Assembly: GCA_965208285.1 (NCBI GenBank)
Contig: OZ242333.1
Location: 1,637,078-1,701,077 of the forward strand
Direction: 5' to 3'
Source: Phototrophicaceae bacterium
Lineage (GTDB): Bacteria > Chloroflexota > Anaerolineae > Aggregatilineales > Phototrophicaceae
Length of the DNA: 64,000 nt
This document shows, piece after piece, positions 1 through 9,212 of this stretch; position 1 is the first letter of the stretch; each line of letters begins with the position of its first letter. The notes under the pieces were generated by a model. It did not search any database. It was not told the origin of the DNA and saw nothing but the letters and a program-made list of their open reading frames with translations. The translations under genes were made by a program, and so were the position numbers.

Positions 1-1
1 G

Positions 2-568
2 ACGGCGTCCAGGTTCCGGCGCGAACGGCGCGAAGGTCTGGCCAGTCTGGCGACCCAGTTCGTGGTCGGCGCGGTCGGTGACACGGACCTTGAGTTGCTG
101 GCGCTGGGCGACCGCCTCTACAACCAGCTGGGCCTGGCCCGCACCTACTTCTCGGCCTTCAATCCGGTGCCGGGTACGCCTTTCGAGAATCTGCCGGCCA
201 CGCCCGCCATCCGCGAATTTCGCCTCTACCAGTCCAGCTTTCTCCTGCGCGACTACCAGTGGGAGCTGGAGGACATGCCCTTCGTCGGAGAGGGCAACCT
301 GCGCCTGGATATCGACCCCAAGCGCGCCTGGGCGGAGAAGAACCTGCGTCACGCGCCGCTGGATCTGATGAAGGCTGACCGAAGGCAGTTGCTGCGCGTG
401 CCGGGCATCGGGCCAACATACGCGCAGGTCCTGCTGCGCGCGCGCCGGCAGGCGACCTTGCGCGATTTGTCGCAATTGCGCGCCCTCGGCATCCGCGCGC
501 CGGAGCAGCTGGCGCCCTTCGTCCTGCTGGACGGTCGGCGACCGCAGCAGCAGCAGAGGTTGTTTTAG
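2..568 (+). CDS. Radical SAM protein, C-terminal part with helix-hairpin-helix tail (putative DNA modification/repair radical SAM family). The 5' end lies outside the window.
   Basis: The frame is open from base 2 to the TAG at 566-568. Diagnostic strings are QFVVGAVGDTD, LYQSSFLLRDY and the C-terminal LLRVPGIGPTYAQVLLRARR HhH-like motif. Family assignment is from memory of the pattern. Confidence 0.6.
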   Translation, partial: TASRFRRERREGLASLATQFVVGAVGDTDLELLALGDRLYNQLGLARTYFSAFNPVPGTPFENLPATPAIREFRLYQSSFLLRDYQWELEDMPFVGEGNLRLDIDPKRAWAEKNLRHAPLDLMKADRRQLLRVPGIGPTYAQVLLRARRQATLRDLSQLRALGIRAPEQLAPFVLLDGRRPQQQQRLF

Positions 569-569
569 T

Positions 570-791
570 CCGGCGGCCCTCACCCTAAATCCCTCTCCCT
601 GAGGGAGAGGGACTTTAAGTGCCTGAGAGCAAAGAGGGATCTGTATCACTACATCACTCGGGGATTGGTCGCCTCGATTGCTGTTGTATTTCTCTCTGCT
701 CCCCCCTCTCCTTGAGGAAGGGCTCCCACCGAAGGAGGAAAGGGCTCCCCCTCTCCCGCGGGAGAGGGGGTTGGGGGGTGAGGGCCGGCGG
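570..791. repeat. About 220-bp intergenic element bounded by 16-nt inverted repeats, with internal CCCTCTCCC/GGGAGAGGG palindromes (REP/MITE-like).
   Basis: ccggcggccctcaccc (570-585) is the reverse complement of gggtgagggccggcgg (776-791) with 1 mismatch. There is a hairpin tccctctccc-tga-gggagaggga at 590-612 and a perfect 24-nt palindrome CCCCCTCTCCCGCGGGAGAGGGGG at 747-770. A degenerate third copy lies at about 699-727. Confidence 0.7.
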
Positions 792-920
792 AATCACAAA
801 TGACGATAGCTTCGTAATGCAATGCCCGGCCAAGGTCAGTTGCTCCGCCCTGTAATGCGGGCCTGGCCTGCGCTATAGTCGCGCCATTCGGTCAGAATCA
901 CTTGCATGCAGGAGGCGATG

Positions 921-1916
921 ATGGCGCGGGTTGCGATTAACGGCTTGGGGCGGATTGGGCGCGCGGCGCTTAAGGTCGTGCTGGACACGCCCGAACTGGA
1001 ACTGGTGGCGGTCAATGACCTCGGCGAGGTTGAGAATTTCGCCTGGCTCATTCGCTACGACACGGTCTACGGTCGTTACGACCGCGAGGTCTGCGCCGAA
1101 GATGGCGACCTGGTCATCGACGGCCGGCGCATCCGCTACCTGAGCGAGCGCGACCCGGCCCAACTCCCCTGGGGCGACCTGGACGTCGACCTGGTGTTTG
1201 AGTGCACCGGTTTCTTCACCGAAATCGAGGACGCCGGCAAGCATGTAAGCGCCGGCGCTGACAAGGTCATCATCTCAGGCCCGACCAAGAGCGCCGATGT
1301 GCCCATGGTCGTGCATGGCGTCAACAGCGCCAACGGCGCCCGGGTGGTCTCCTGCGCCAGCTGCACCACCAACAACATCACGCCCGTGATGGAGGTCATG
1401 AATCGCCGCATTGGCGTGAAGAAGGCCATTATGACCACGGTGCACGCCTACACCTCCACCCAGGCGCTGGTGGACATGCCGGGCGGCACGAAAGACATGC
1501 GCCGTGGCCGAGGCGCGGCTGACAACATCGTGCCCTCCTCGACGGGCGCGGCCATCGCCACGACGAAGGCGCTGCCGGCCATTGAGGGCGTTTTCGACGG
1601 CCTGGCGCTGCGGGTGCCGGTGGCGGTGGGCTCGATAGCCGACGTGGTCTTTCTGGCGGCGCGCGACACCTCGGTCGATGAGGTCAATGTCATTTTCCGC
1701 GAGGAGGCCGCGACGGCGCGTTACGAGGGCATCCTGGGCGTCTCGGAGGACCCGATCGTCTCGGCGGACATCATCGGTGACGCGCGCGCCTCGATCGTCG
1801 ACCTGGAACTGACGCAGGTGGTCGACGGCGACCTGGTGAAGGTGCTCACCTGGTACGACAACGAGTGGGGCTACACCAACCAGATGGTGCGCGAGGCGCT
1901 CACGCTGCTGGGGTAG
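921..1916 (+). CDS. gap: Glyceraldehyde-3-phosphate dehydrogenase, type I
   Basis: MARVAINGLGRIGR Rossmann N-terminus, active-site SCASCTTNNITP, and C-terminal WYDNEWGY. AGGAGG at 910-915 favours the ATG at 921 over 906 or 918. Confidence 0.93.
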   Translation: MARVAINGLGRIGRAALKVVLDTPELELVAVNDLGEVENFAWLIRYDTVYGRYDREVCAEDGDLVIDGRRIRYLSERDPAQLPWGDLDVDLVFECTGFFTEIEDAGKHVSAGADKVIISGPTKSADVPMVVHGVNSANGARVVSCASCTTNNITPVMEVMNRRIGVKKAIMTTVHAYTSTQALVDMPGGTKDMRRGRGAADNIVPSSTGAAIATTKALPAIEGVFDGLALRVPVAVGSIADVVFLAARDTSVDEVNVIFREEAATARYEGILGVSEDPIVSADIIGDARASIVDLELTQVVDGDLVKVLTWYDNEWGYTNQMVREALTLLG

Positions 1917-1966
1917 GGGATTGCCAGGGCGAAGGCGTCTGGTGTTTACATCTTGACAATAGTCAG

Positions 1967-1986
1967 GGGCAGGCGCCGGCCTGCCC
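1967..1986 (+). terminator. GC-rich hairpin downstream of gap (possible terminator, weak T tract)
   Basis: GGGCAGGC (1967-1974), loop GCCG, GCCTGCCC (1979-1986), followed by tgttgacc. There is no real U-run. Confidence 0.35.
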
Positions 1987-2287
1987 TGTTGACCAATCAA
2001 ATTGGGGCCATAAGGCGCTGAAACCGGTTGCCCTGGCTCAATTCAGGTTGCCATCTGTACTTTGGTCTTCCTGGTGGAATTCGTAATCCCTTTCTGAAAA
2101 CAATTCACCATTTTGTGCTTTAACGTGATGCCAGAATGCTGTTGGAGCCATGAGGACTTTCTTGCCCACCATCCGATTTGGCCGGCGGATACGAGCTTTG
2201 TTGCTGCAAGCGTCCTGCAACCCGGTGCCCGCAGCAGACCTCGTTGCAAGTCTTTGGGCAGAACACTGACACCTTGTTCTCCCTGAA

Positions 2288-3094
2288 TTACACATCCAGC
2301 AGCAGGGGGACGTCCAGGCGCCAGGCGAGGTAGAGGGCGTGCAGGAAGGCGCGCAGGTCGGCGGTCGAGTCGTCGTCCCGGGCGTCGCGCAACGGAATGA
2401 GGAAGTCGAAGGCCGCCCGCTCCTCCGGCGGCAAAGCGCCCAGCTCGGTGATCTGCATGGCCTCCAGTTGCTCGCGCGCCAGGGCGTCGAAGAAGAGCAG
2501 CAGGATGGCCGCGTGGCTGGGCTGAATGTGGCCGGTCAGGAAGGTCATCTCGAAGACCTGGTCGGAATCGACCGGCAACTCGCCGAAGTCGCGGCGCAGC
2601 GCGTACTCAGCCACGAAGATGTTGCGGTCCTCCGCGCGCAACGGACGCACCGTGCCGCCATCGTAGTTGAAGTCGCGGATGCCCTGCTTCAGGAGCAGCC
2701 AGACCAGCGGCGCCGTCGGCGGGTCCGGCAGACGGTCAAGCAGAAAGGCCTCACCCCTGGGCGAAATCGGGTAGTCGATGCGGCTCATGCAGCCGAAGGG
2801 CGCGCCCGTCCGGTTGGCGGGGCAGCCTTCGCAATGTGAGGCCAGCGGGTCGAGCTCGGCGGCGCTGTCCAGCAGATGCTGCACGACGACGATTTGCGTC
2901 TCCTCGCTGCCATCCGCGGCCGTGCGCAGCATCTCGAAGCCCATTTCGCGCGGCGAACGTTGGTCGCCGCTGCGGCGGTAGAGGCGGATGATCGTTGCCG
3001 CGCGTTCGCGGGCCTTGAGCCGCTCCAGGATGCCGGCCGTTGTCAGCGCCCGCTTCGGCGCGCAGTCGTGGTCGATAACGTAATCGAGGGCCAT
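2288..3094 (-). CDS. Hypothetical protein (268 aa), no family recognised
   Basis: Long ORF with host-like G+C, ATG start and coherent sequence. It contains HCEGCPANRTGAPFGCMSRIDYP. It is transcribed divergently from hps. Confidence 0.6.
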   Translation of the reverse strand: MALDYVIDHDCAPKRALTTAGILERLKARERAATIIRLYRRSGDQRSPREMGFEMLRTAADGSEETQIVVVQHLLDSAAELDPLASHCEGCPANRTGAPFGCMSRIDYPISPRGEAFLLDRLPDPPTAPLVWLLLKQGIRDFNYDGGTVRPLRAEDRNIFVAEYALRRDFGELPVDSDQVFEMTFLTGHIQPSHAAILLLFFDALAREQLEAMQITELGALPPEERAAFDFLIPLRDARDDDSTADLRAFLHALYLAWRLDVPLLLDV

Positions 3095-3220
3095 AAGACG
3101 ACTATCCTGCTGCCTGGCGCGAGCCCTGTCAACGGCGGGCGAGGCCGGGATTGGTCTGTTGAGCAGGGTTGCGGAAGGCTATAGACTGATAGAGGGAAAC
3201 ATCAGCCTGAGTATGGACCC

Positions 3221-3844
3221 TTGAAACTTCAACTGGCGCTCGACGGGACGCTGGAAGATGGTCTGCAGGCGCTGCGGCCGGCGCAGCCCTGGGTGGACGT
3301 GGTCGAGGCAGGCACGCCGCTGCTGCTGCGCGAAGGCGTGCGGGCGTTACGACGGTTGCGCGCGGAGTTGCCCGACACGCCGCTGCTGGCGGACTTCAAG
3401 ATCATGGACGCCGGCGACCTGGAGGCGCGTATCGCCTTCGCCGCCGGCGCGGACCTGGTGACCGTGCTGGGCGTCGCCGGCGATGCGACAATCGCGTCGG
3501 CTCTGGCGGCGGCGCGCGAATGCGGCGGCGAGATCCTAGTGGACCTGATGGCCGTGCCGCACCCCCATGAACGGGTAGAGCATTTGTTGGCGCTGGGCTG
3601 CCAGCGATTCTGTGTGCACCGCGCCCATGATGGCTGCGGCGACCCGGTTGCTCCCCTGCGAGAATTGCGCGCGGCGTTGCCGGAGCTGCAGCTGGCCGTG
3701 GCCGGCGGCATCGACGAGCGCTCGATCGAGGCGCTGGCGCCCTACAACCCCGACACCGTCATCGTGGGCAGCGCCATCACCGGCTCCGCGCAACCCGGGC
3801 TTGCGGCGCGCCGAATTATGGAGAAAATGCGGGCCCATGTCTGA
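3221..3844 (+). CDS. hxlA: 3-hexulose-6-phosphate synthase (OMP-decarboxylase fold)
   Basis: MKLQLALDG start (TTG), then VDVVEAGTPLL and ADFKIMDAGDLEA, typical of HPS/KGPDC proteins. It is followed by and overlaps a PHI gene. Confidence 0.8.
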   Translation: MKLQLALDGTLEDGLQALRPAQPWVDVVEAGTPLLLREGVRALRRLRAELPDTPLLADFKIMDAGDLEARIAFAAGADLVTVLGVAGDATIASALAAARECGGEILVDLMAVPHPHERVEHLLALGCQRFCVHRAHDGCGDPVAPLRELRAALPELQLAVAGGIDERSIEALAPYNPDTVIVGSAITGSAQPGLAARRIMEKMRAHV

Positions 3845-4403
3845 TTTCAACGCGCTGCTGGGCGCGATTTTGCAGGAACTACAGTCGGCGCTCACGGGCA
3901 TCGACCCCGAGGCCGTGGCCGACCTGCGCCGCGATATCCTGCAGGCGCGGCGCATTTTCGTCGCCGGGCGCGGCCGCTCCGGCCTGCAGATGCAGGCCTT
4001 CGCCATGCGCCTGATGCATCTCGACCTTGACGCACACGTCGTCGGGTCGGTGACGACGCCGGCCATCGGCGCCGGCGACCTGCTGATCATCGGCTCGGGC
4101 TCCGGCCGGACGGACTCCATCATCGCCCAGGCCCGGCGTGCCAGCGAACTCAACGCACTGGTTGCCCTGATCACCATTGCCGAGGAGTCGCCGGTCAGCC
4201 AGTATGCGGACCATGTCCTGCGCATCCGGGCCTCCAGCCCCAAGCTGCAGGATGTCCAGGCGGAAAGCGAATCGGTGCAACCGATGGGCTCGCTCTACGA
4301 GCAATCGCTGGGCATCCTTTGCGACGTGCTGACGGCGCTGCTCATGCAGGAACTGGGCACGGACCCCGGCCTGATGTTTGCCCGCCACGCCAATCTGGAG
4401 TAG
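3837..4403 (+). CDS. hxlB: 6-phospho-3-hexuloisomerase (SIS domain)
   Basis: The ATG at 3837 overlaps the hps stop (ATGTCTGA). The SIS pattern is RRIFVAGRGRSGL ... LLIIGSGSGRT ... ALVALIT. The longer track ORF starting at 3612 is an in-frame upstream artefact. Confidence 0.8.
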   Translation: MSDFNALLGAILQELQSALTGIDPEAVADLRRDILQARRIFVAGRGRSGLQMQAFAMRLMHLDLDAHVVGSVTTPAIGAGDLLIIGSGSGRTDSIIAQARRASELNALVALITIAEESPVSQYADHVLRIRASSPKLQDVQAESESVQPMGSLYEQSLGILCDVLTALLMQELGTDPGLMFARHANLE

Positions 4404-4412
4404 GGGTCCGGC

Positions 4413-4940
4413 TCAGCCGGGGACGCTTTCCGGCGCCTTGTCGCGGTAGCGCATGATGAAGGCGGTCAGGGCGTCGCGGTCCGGCGCATCCAGTTTGAGC
4501 AGGCGACCCCAGGCCGCCGCCGCCAGACGTTTGTCGTTTTCCGGCCGGTGACTGACGACAACCCATTCCGGAAATTGCTCGTGCAACTGGCGGAACAGCT
4601 CAATGGCCTCACGGTCGGCTTCGTCGCGCCAGGACAGCCAGATATGGCCGTGTTCCAGGTTGTGGACCAGGTAGGCGTCCGGCACCTGCTGTTCATAGAA
4701 GGCGGCGCGCAGGGGCGCCGGGTAGTGATCGCCCGAGGTCGGCGGGTTGGAGTTGTAGCGTGACGGCGGCGCGCCAGGGGCGATGTGGTCGCGCCCGACG
4801 ATGGGCACGGGCTGGCTCTCGTCCTGTATGGCGGCGAGGTTGAAGGGCCTGTCCCGTTGCAGGACCAGGAACAGGACCAGCGCCAGCGCGAATCCTGCGG
4901 CCAGACCGACCAGGAGCAGTCGGTGACGTTTGTTTGACAT
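4413..4940 (-). CDS. DUF3105-like membrane-anchored protein
   Basis: N-terminal TM segment LLLVGLAAGFALALVLFLVL, then PPTSGDHYP ... LVHNLEHGHIW, characteristic of DUF3105. The start is ambiguous (ATG 4940 or GTG 4952). Confidence 0.7.
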   Translation of the reverse strand: MSNKRHRLLLVGLAAGFALALVLFLVLQRDRPFNLAAIQDESQPVPIVGRDHIAPGAPPSRYNSNPPTSGDHYPAPLRAAFYEQQVPDAYLVHNLEHGHIWLSWRDEADREAIELFRQLHEQFPEWVVVSHRPENDKRLAAAAWGRLLKLDAPDRDALTAFIMRYRDKAPESVPG

Positions 4941-5002
4941 GGGCGTGCCCACCCTGTGCCAATCACAACATCAATTGTAGCGATAGCGCAGGTCGCCGAA
5001 GA

Positions 5003-5866
5003 TTAACGCATTCCTGGCACGGGCCCCTGGGCCGGATTGGCCGCGCGCCAGGTGTACATCAACACGCCGCCGGCCACGGCGACGTTGAGCGATTCGGCGC
5101 GGCCCTGTTGCGGCAGGGCGGCCAGAAAATCGCAACGGGCTGTCAGCGCCTCGTCCAGTCCCTCGGCCTCGTTGCCGAGGGCCAGCGCCATACCGCCGCG
5201 CCAGTCGAGCGCCGTCCAGAGCTGGCCGCCGGCATCCCCGCCATAAAGTGGCAATCCCTGCTGCCTGAGCCAGGCCGGCAGCGCTTCCGGGGAATCGACC
5301 GTGACGACGGGCAGGCTGAAGCAGGAACCCATACTGGCGCGCACAACCTTGGGGTCAAGCGGGTCGACGCAGGGCGGCAGCAGGAGCACGGCGCTGGCGC
5401 CGACGGCGTCCGCCGTGCGCAGCAATGTACCCAGGTTGCCGGGGTCGCGCAGGCGGTCGAGCAGCAGCACCAGAGGATCGGGCGAAAGCTGAATGTCCGC
5501 CAGCGCGGTCTGCGGCAGGGCGAAGGTCGCGACAAGCCCCTGGGGTTCTTCCCGCTCCGACAGCCCGCGCATCACGTGCTCGCTGACTTCGACGGGTCTG
5601 ACGCCGCCCTCGCGAAAGCGCCCCAGCAGATCCGCAGCGGCGGGGCTGTTGAACAGGGACGGACAGTAGTAAAGCTCCTGAGGTTTCCAGCCGGCCTCCT
5701 GCGCCATGTGCAGGGCTTGCAGACCTTCGGCGAGGAAGCAACGCTGCAGCAGGCGCTGCCGCCGCCGGCCAAGTTTGCGCAGGGCGACGATGCGCGGGTT
5801 GCGGAGTGACGTGATGATCACGGGCGTGACTGTGCCTGTATCGGAATGTCTGTCAAACTGTAGCAT
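5003..5866 (-). CDS. SpoU/TrmH-family RNA 2'-O-methyltransferase
   Basis: LRNPRIVALRKL, LLDRLRDPGNLGTLLRTADAVGA and ESLNVAVAGGVLMY are the three SpoU motifs. Confidence 0.85.
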   Translation of the reverse strand: MLQFDRHSDTGTVTPVIITSLRNPRIVALRKLGRRRQRLLQRCFLAEGLQALHMAQEAGWKPQELYYCPSLFNSPAAADLLGRFREGGVRPVEVSEHVMRGLSEREEPQGLVATFALPQTALADIQLSPDPLVLLLDRLRDPGNLGTLLRTADAVGASAVLLLPPCVDPLDPKVVRASMGSCFSLPVVTVDSPEALPAWLRQQGLPLYGGDAGGQLWTALDWRGGMALALGNEAEGLDEALTARCDFLAALPQQGRAESLNVAVAGGVLMYTWRAANPAQGPVPGMR

Positions 5867-5906
5867 GGCCCCGGTTCAGGCCGGCTGTCAAGCGTCATGG
5901 TCGCCC

Positions 5907-5935
5907 TTGACACACCCTGGCGGCACTGATAGCAT
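5907..5935 (+). promoter_or_regulatory. Putative sigma-70-type promoter of the rpsL operon
   Basis: TTGACA (5907-5912), 17-nt spacer, TAGCAT (5930-5935), about 170 nt upstream of rpsL. Motif match only. Confidence 0.3.
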
Positions 5936-6105
5936 GCCCGGCCATACCCCGGCAGCACACCCTGGCGTCAGGCAATGGACTGGCGGGAACCGGACAGATG
6001 TGGCGACAGCGCCCTTGCGGGGGAAGGCTCGTCATGGCGGGGACAACCAGGCGTTCTGTGCGGACCGCCTTTTTTATGTGAAAGCAGGTTTTACCGGAGC
6101 GAGGC

Positions 6106-6525
6106 ATGCCGACCATCAACCAGCTGGTACGCAGGGGGCGCAAAAGCCGCAAGGCCAAGTCCAGTTCACCGGCGCTGCAATACACCTTTAACGCCAACAA
6201 CCAGCGGCGCACCCGGCAGGCCCGCGGCGCGCCGCAAAAGCGAGGCGTCTGCACCCAGGTCAAGACCATGACGCCCAAAAAGCCCAACTCGGCGCTGCGC
6301 AAGGTGGCGCGGGTGCGCCTCACCAACGGCATTGAGGTGACGGCCTACATCCCGGGCGAGGGGCATCAGTTGCAGGAACACAGCGTGGTGCTGGTGCGCG
6401 GCGGTCGAGTCAAGGACCTGCCAGGCGTGCGCTACCACATCGTACGCGGAACCCTGGACGCCGAGGGCGTGCAGAACCGCAACCAGGCCCGCAGCAAGTA
6501 CGGCAGCAAGCAGCCGCGCGACTGA
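6106..6525 (+). CDS. rpsL: 30S ribosomal protein S12
   Basis: [13 protein letters not shown] ... [18 protein letters not shown] ... [17 protein letters not shown]. It carries an internal insertion ([16 protein letters not shown]). Confidence 0.97.
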   Translation: MPTINQLVRRGRKSRKAKSSSPALQYTFNANNQRRTRQARGAPQKRGVCTQVKTMTPKKPNSALRKVARVRLTNGIEVTAYIPGEGHQLQEHSVVLVRGGRVKDLPGVRYHIVRGTLDAEGVQNRNQARSKYGSKQPRD

Positions 6526-6541
6526 GCGAAGGGAGTTCAGG

Positions 6542-7009
6542 ATGCCCAGAAGAAATCGTCCGCCCAAACGCGCAGTGGCGCCGGATACCAAATACAGCAA
6601 CGTGCACATCGCCATGTTCATCAATCGCATGATGCATGGTGGCAAGAAGAGCACCGCCGCCCGCGTCATGTACAAGGCCCTGGACATCGTTGAGGAACGC
6701 GCCCGACGGGACCCGGTCGAGGTCTTTGAGCAGGCGCTGCGCAATGTGCAGCCGACGGTTGAGGTCAAACCCAAGCGCGTTGGCGGCTCGACCTATCAGG
6801 TGCCGATCGAGGTGGCCGGCGACCGCTCGCTGACCCTCGCCATGCGCTGGATCCTGGAGTTTTCGAGGACCCGCGGCGGGCGCGGCATGCACGAAAAACT
6901 GGCGGCCGAGTTAATGGACGCTGCCAACAGTCAGGGCAATGCCATTAAGCGGCGCGACGACACCCATCGTATGGCGGAGGCGAACCGCGCCTTCGCCCAT
7001 TTCCGCTAA
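6542..7009 (+). CDS. rpsG: 30S ribosomal protein S7
   Basis: MPRRNRPPKR ... GKKSTAARVMYKAL ... RVGGSTYQVPIEV. Confidence 0.97.
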   Translation: MPRRNRPPKRAVAPDTKYSNVHIAMFINRMMHGGKKSTAARVMYKALDIVEERARRDPVEVFEQALRNVQPTVEVKPKRVGGSTYQVPIEVAGDRSLTLAMRWILEFSRTRGGRGMHEKLAAELMDAANSQGNAIKRRDDTHRMAEANRAFAHFR

Positions 7010-7045
7010 CAATACGCGGACAGGCAGGAGAACGCAGGCAATAGC

Positions 7046-9169
7046 ATGAGCACCAGGGCGACAGGCACCCTTGATCTCAATCGGGTGCGCAACATCGGCA
7101 TCATCGCCCATATTGATGCCGGCAAGACGACCACAACCGAGCGTGTGTTGTATTACACAGGCATGGTGCACCGCATCGGCGAGGTGCACGATGGCGCGGC
7201 GACAACCGATTACATGGCGCAGGAGCGCGAACGCGGCATCACGATCACCTCGGCGGCGGTTAGCGCCAGCTGGAACGAACACCAGATCAACATCATCGAC
7301 ACGCCCGGCCACGTGGACTTCACGGCCGAGGTGCAGCGCAGTCTGCGCGTACTGGATGGCGGCGTGGTCGTTTTCGATGGCGTCGCCGGCGTGGAACCGC
7401 AGTCCGAGACGGTGTGGCGTCAGGCCGACGACTACCAGGTGCCCCGCATTTGTTTCATTAACAAGATGGACCGAACCGGCGCCGACTTCGCTCGCTGCGT
7501 GCAGATGATCAGCGAGCGTCTGGGGGCCAATCCCGTGCCCATACAGATGCCCTACGGTGAAGGCGAGGCCTTCGCCGGCATCATCGACCTGATCAGCATG
7601 GAACTGGTGACCTCGGGCGACGCGCCAGGCAGTGAACTGGAGCGTTACCCGATCCCGGAAAGCCACCGTGAGCAGGCCGAAACCATGCGCGCCGAAATGA
7701 TAGAGGCGGTCGCCGAGGTTGACGATTACCTCACCGAAAAATTCCTGCTCGAGGAGCCGATCACCAACGATGAATTGCTGGGCGCCCTGCGCGCTGGCAC
7801 GATAACCAACAGCCTGCAACCGGTGCTCTGTGGCTCCGCCCTGAAGAATCGCGGCGTGCAGGACCTGCTGGACCGTGTCGTCGACTTTTTGCCCTCGCCG
7901 CTGGACGTTCCGCCGGTGGAAGGCATCAATCCGAAAACCGGCGATGAGGTCTCGCGCGCGCCTTCCGATGACGAACCCGTGGCAGCGCTGGTCTTCAAGA
8001 TCGTGACGGACCCCTTTGTGGGGCGGCTGGCCTTCTTCCGTGTCTATTCGGGCGTCCTGCGCACCGGCACAATGCTGCAAAACTCGACCAGCGACAAACG
8101 CGAACGCATCGGCCGCATCGTGCGCATGTTCGCCGACCGGCGTGAAGACGTGGATGCGGTGCATGCCGGCGACATCGCCGCCATCCCCGGCCTCAAGACC
8201 ACCTTCACCGGCGACACCCTTTGCGACCGCAATCATCAGGTTGTGCTGGAGCAGATCAGCTTTCCCGAACCCGTCATCGAGGTTGCCATCGAGCCCAACA
8301 CCCGTGGCGACCAGGACAGGATGGGCATTGCCCTGCAGCGCCTGGCGGAGGAAGACCCGACCTTCAAGGTCGAGGTGGACGACAAGCTGGGCCAGACGCG
8401 CATCCGTGGCATGGGTGAATTGCATCTGGAAGTGCTGGTCGACCGCATGATGCGCGAGTTCGGCGTGGATGCCCGCGTGGGCCGGCCGCGGGTCGCCTAC
8501 CGTGAGGCGATCACCCGCCCCGCCCGTGTCGACACGATCTTCCGGCGCCAGACGGGCGGATCCGGACAGTTTGCGCGCGTGACGGTGGACTATGAACCGC
8601 TTGGCGAGGAGGAGCAGTCGCTGGCGCGGGACGGGTTGCTCTTCGAAAACAACATTCGCGGTGGCGCCATTCCCCTTGAGTTCATTCGTCCCGTCGAAAA
8701 CGGCATCCGCGAGGCCATGCAGGGGGGCGTGCTGGCCGGCTATCCGGTGGTGAGCCTGAAGGCCAGCCTGGTGGATGGCAGCCATCACGAGGTGGACTCG
8801 AGCGAGATCGCCTTCAAGATCGCCGGGTCCATGAACCTCAAGGAAGGTGTACAGCAGGCCGGTCCGGTGTTGCTGGAGCCGACCATGAGCGTCGAGGTAG
8901 TCGCGCCGGATGATTACACCGGCCCCGTGGTCGGAGATCTGTCCGCCCGGCGCGGCGTCGTGCAGGGGATGGAGCCCCGTGGTGACGGCTCCACTTCCAT
9001 TCGCGCCAACGTACCGCTGGGCGAGATGTTCGGCTACGCCACGGGCCTGCGCAACCTGACCCAGGGCCGCGGCAATTTCACCATGGAGTTCGACAGGTAC
9101 GCGACAGCACCGCCCGCCATTGCTGACGGGGTCATGCATGGCGGCGGACAGGTGTCAGTTCGTTCGTAA
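7046..9169 (+). CDS. fusA: Elongation factor G
   Basis: [33 protein letters not shown] and NKMDR GTPase motifs; 707 aa. Confidence 0.97.
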   Translation: MSTRATGTLDLNRVRNIGIIAHIDAGKTTTTERVLYYTGMVHRIGEVHDGAATTDYMAQERERGITITSAAVSASWNEHQINIIDTPGHVDFTAEVQRSLRVLDGGVVVFDGVAGVEPQSETVWRQADDYQVPRICFINKMDRTGADFARCVQMISERLGANPVPIQMPYGEGEAFAGIIDLISMELVTSGDAPGSELERYPIPESHREQAETMRAEMIEAVAEVDDYLTEKFLLEEPITNDELLGALRAGTITNSLQPVLCGSALKNRGVQDLLDRVVDFLPSPLDVPPVEGINPKTGDEVSRAPSDDEPVAALVFKIVTDPFVGRLAFFRVYSGVLRTGTMLQNSTSDKRERIGRIVRMFADRREDVDAVHAGDIAAIPGLKTTFTGDTLCDRNHQVVLEQISFPEPVIEVAIEPNTRGDQDRMGIALQRLAEEDPTFKVEVDDKLGQTRIRGMGELHLEVLVDRMMREFGVDARVGRPRVAYREAITRPARVDTIFRRQTGGSGQFARVTVDYEPLGEEEQSLARDGLLFENNIRGGAIPLEFIRPVENGIREAMQGGVLAGYPVVSLKASLVDGSHHEVDSSEIAFKIAGSMNLKEGVQQAGPVLLEPTMSVEVVAPDDYTGPVVGDLSARRGVVQGMEPRGDGSTSIRANVPLGEMFGYATGLRNLTQGRGNFTMEFDRYATAPPAIADGVMHGGGQVSVRS

Positions 9170-9212
9170 GGCGCGGTGGCGCCAGATTGTTTGCAGCAGG
9201 CAAGAGGAAAAC

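Noticed and set aside
619-855. 78-aa ORF inside the palindromic repeat element
   Set aside because: Its sequence (PLSLRKGSHRRRKGLPLSRGRGGWGVRAGG) is simply the translation of the CCCTCTCCC/GGGAGAGGG repeats. It has no RBS.
6031-6075. Terminator/attenuator-like T6 run in the rpsL leader
   Set aside because: By hand I can only pair a 5-bp stem (GGCGG/CCGCC) with a 24-nt loop ahead of TTTTTT. That is too weak to call, and it would need computed folding and covariation.
6911-9139. 742-aa ORF antisense to fusA
   Set aside because: The plus strand encodes an unmistakable EF-G. Long stop-free antisense frames are expected at this G+C. The translation is Arg/Gly/Ala-rich with no motifs.
9120-9212. 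31-codon upstream extension of tuf
   Set aside because: It overlaps the end of fusA and has no homology. The canonical [12 protein letters not shown] start has its own RBS.
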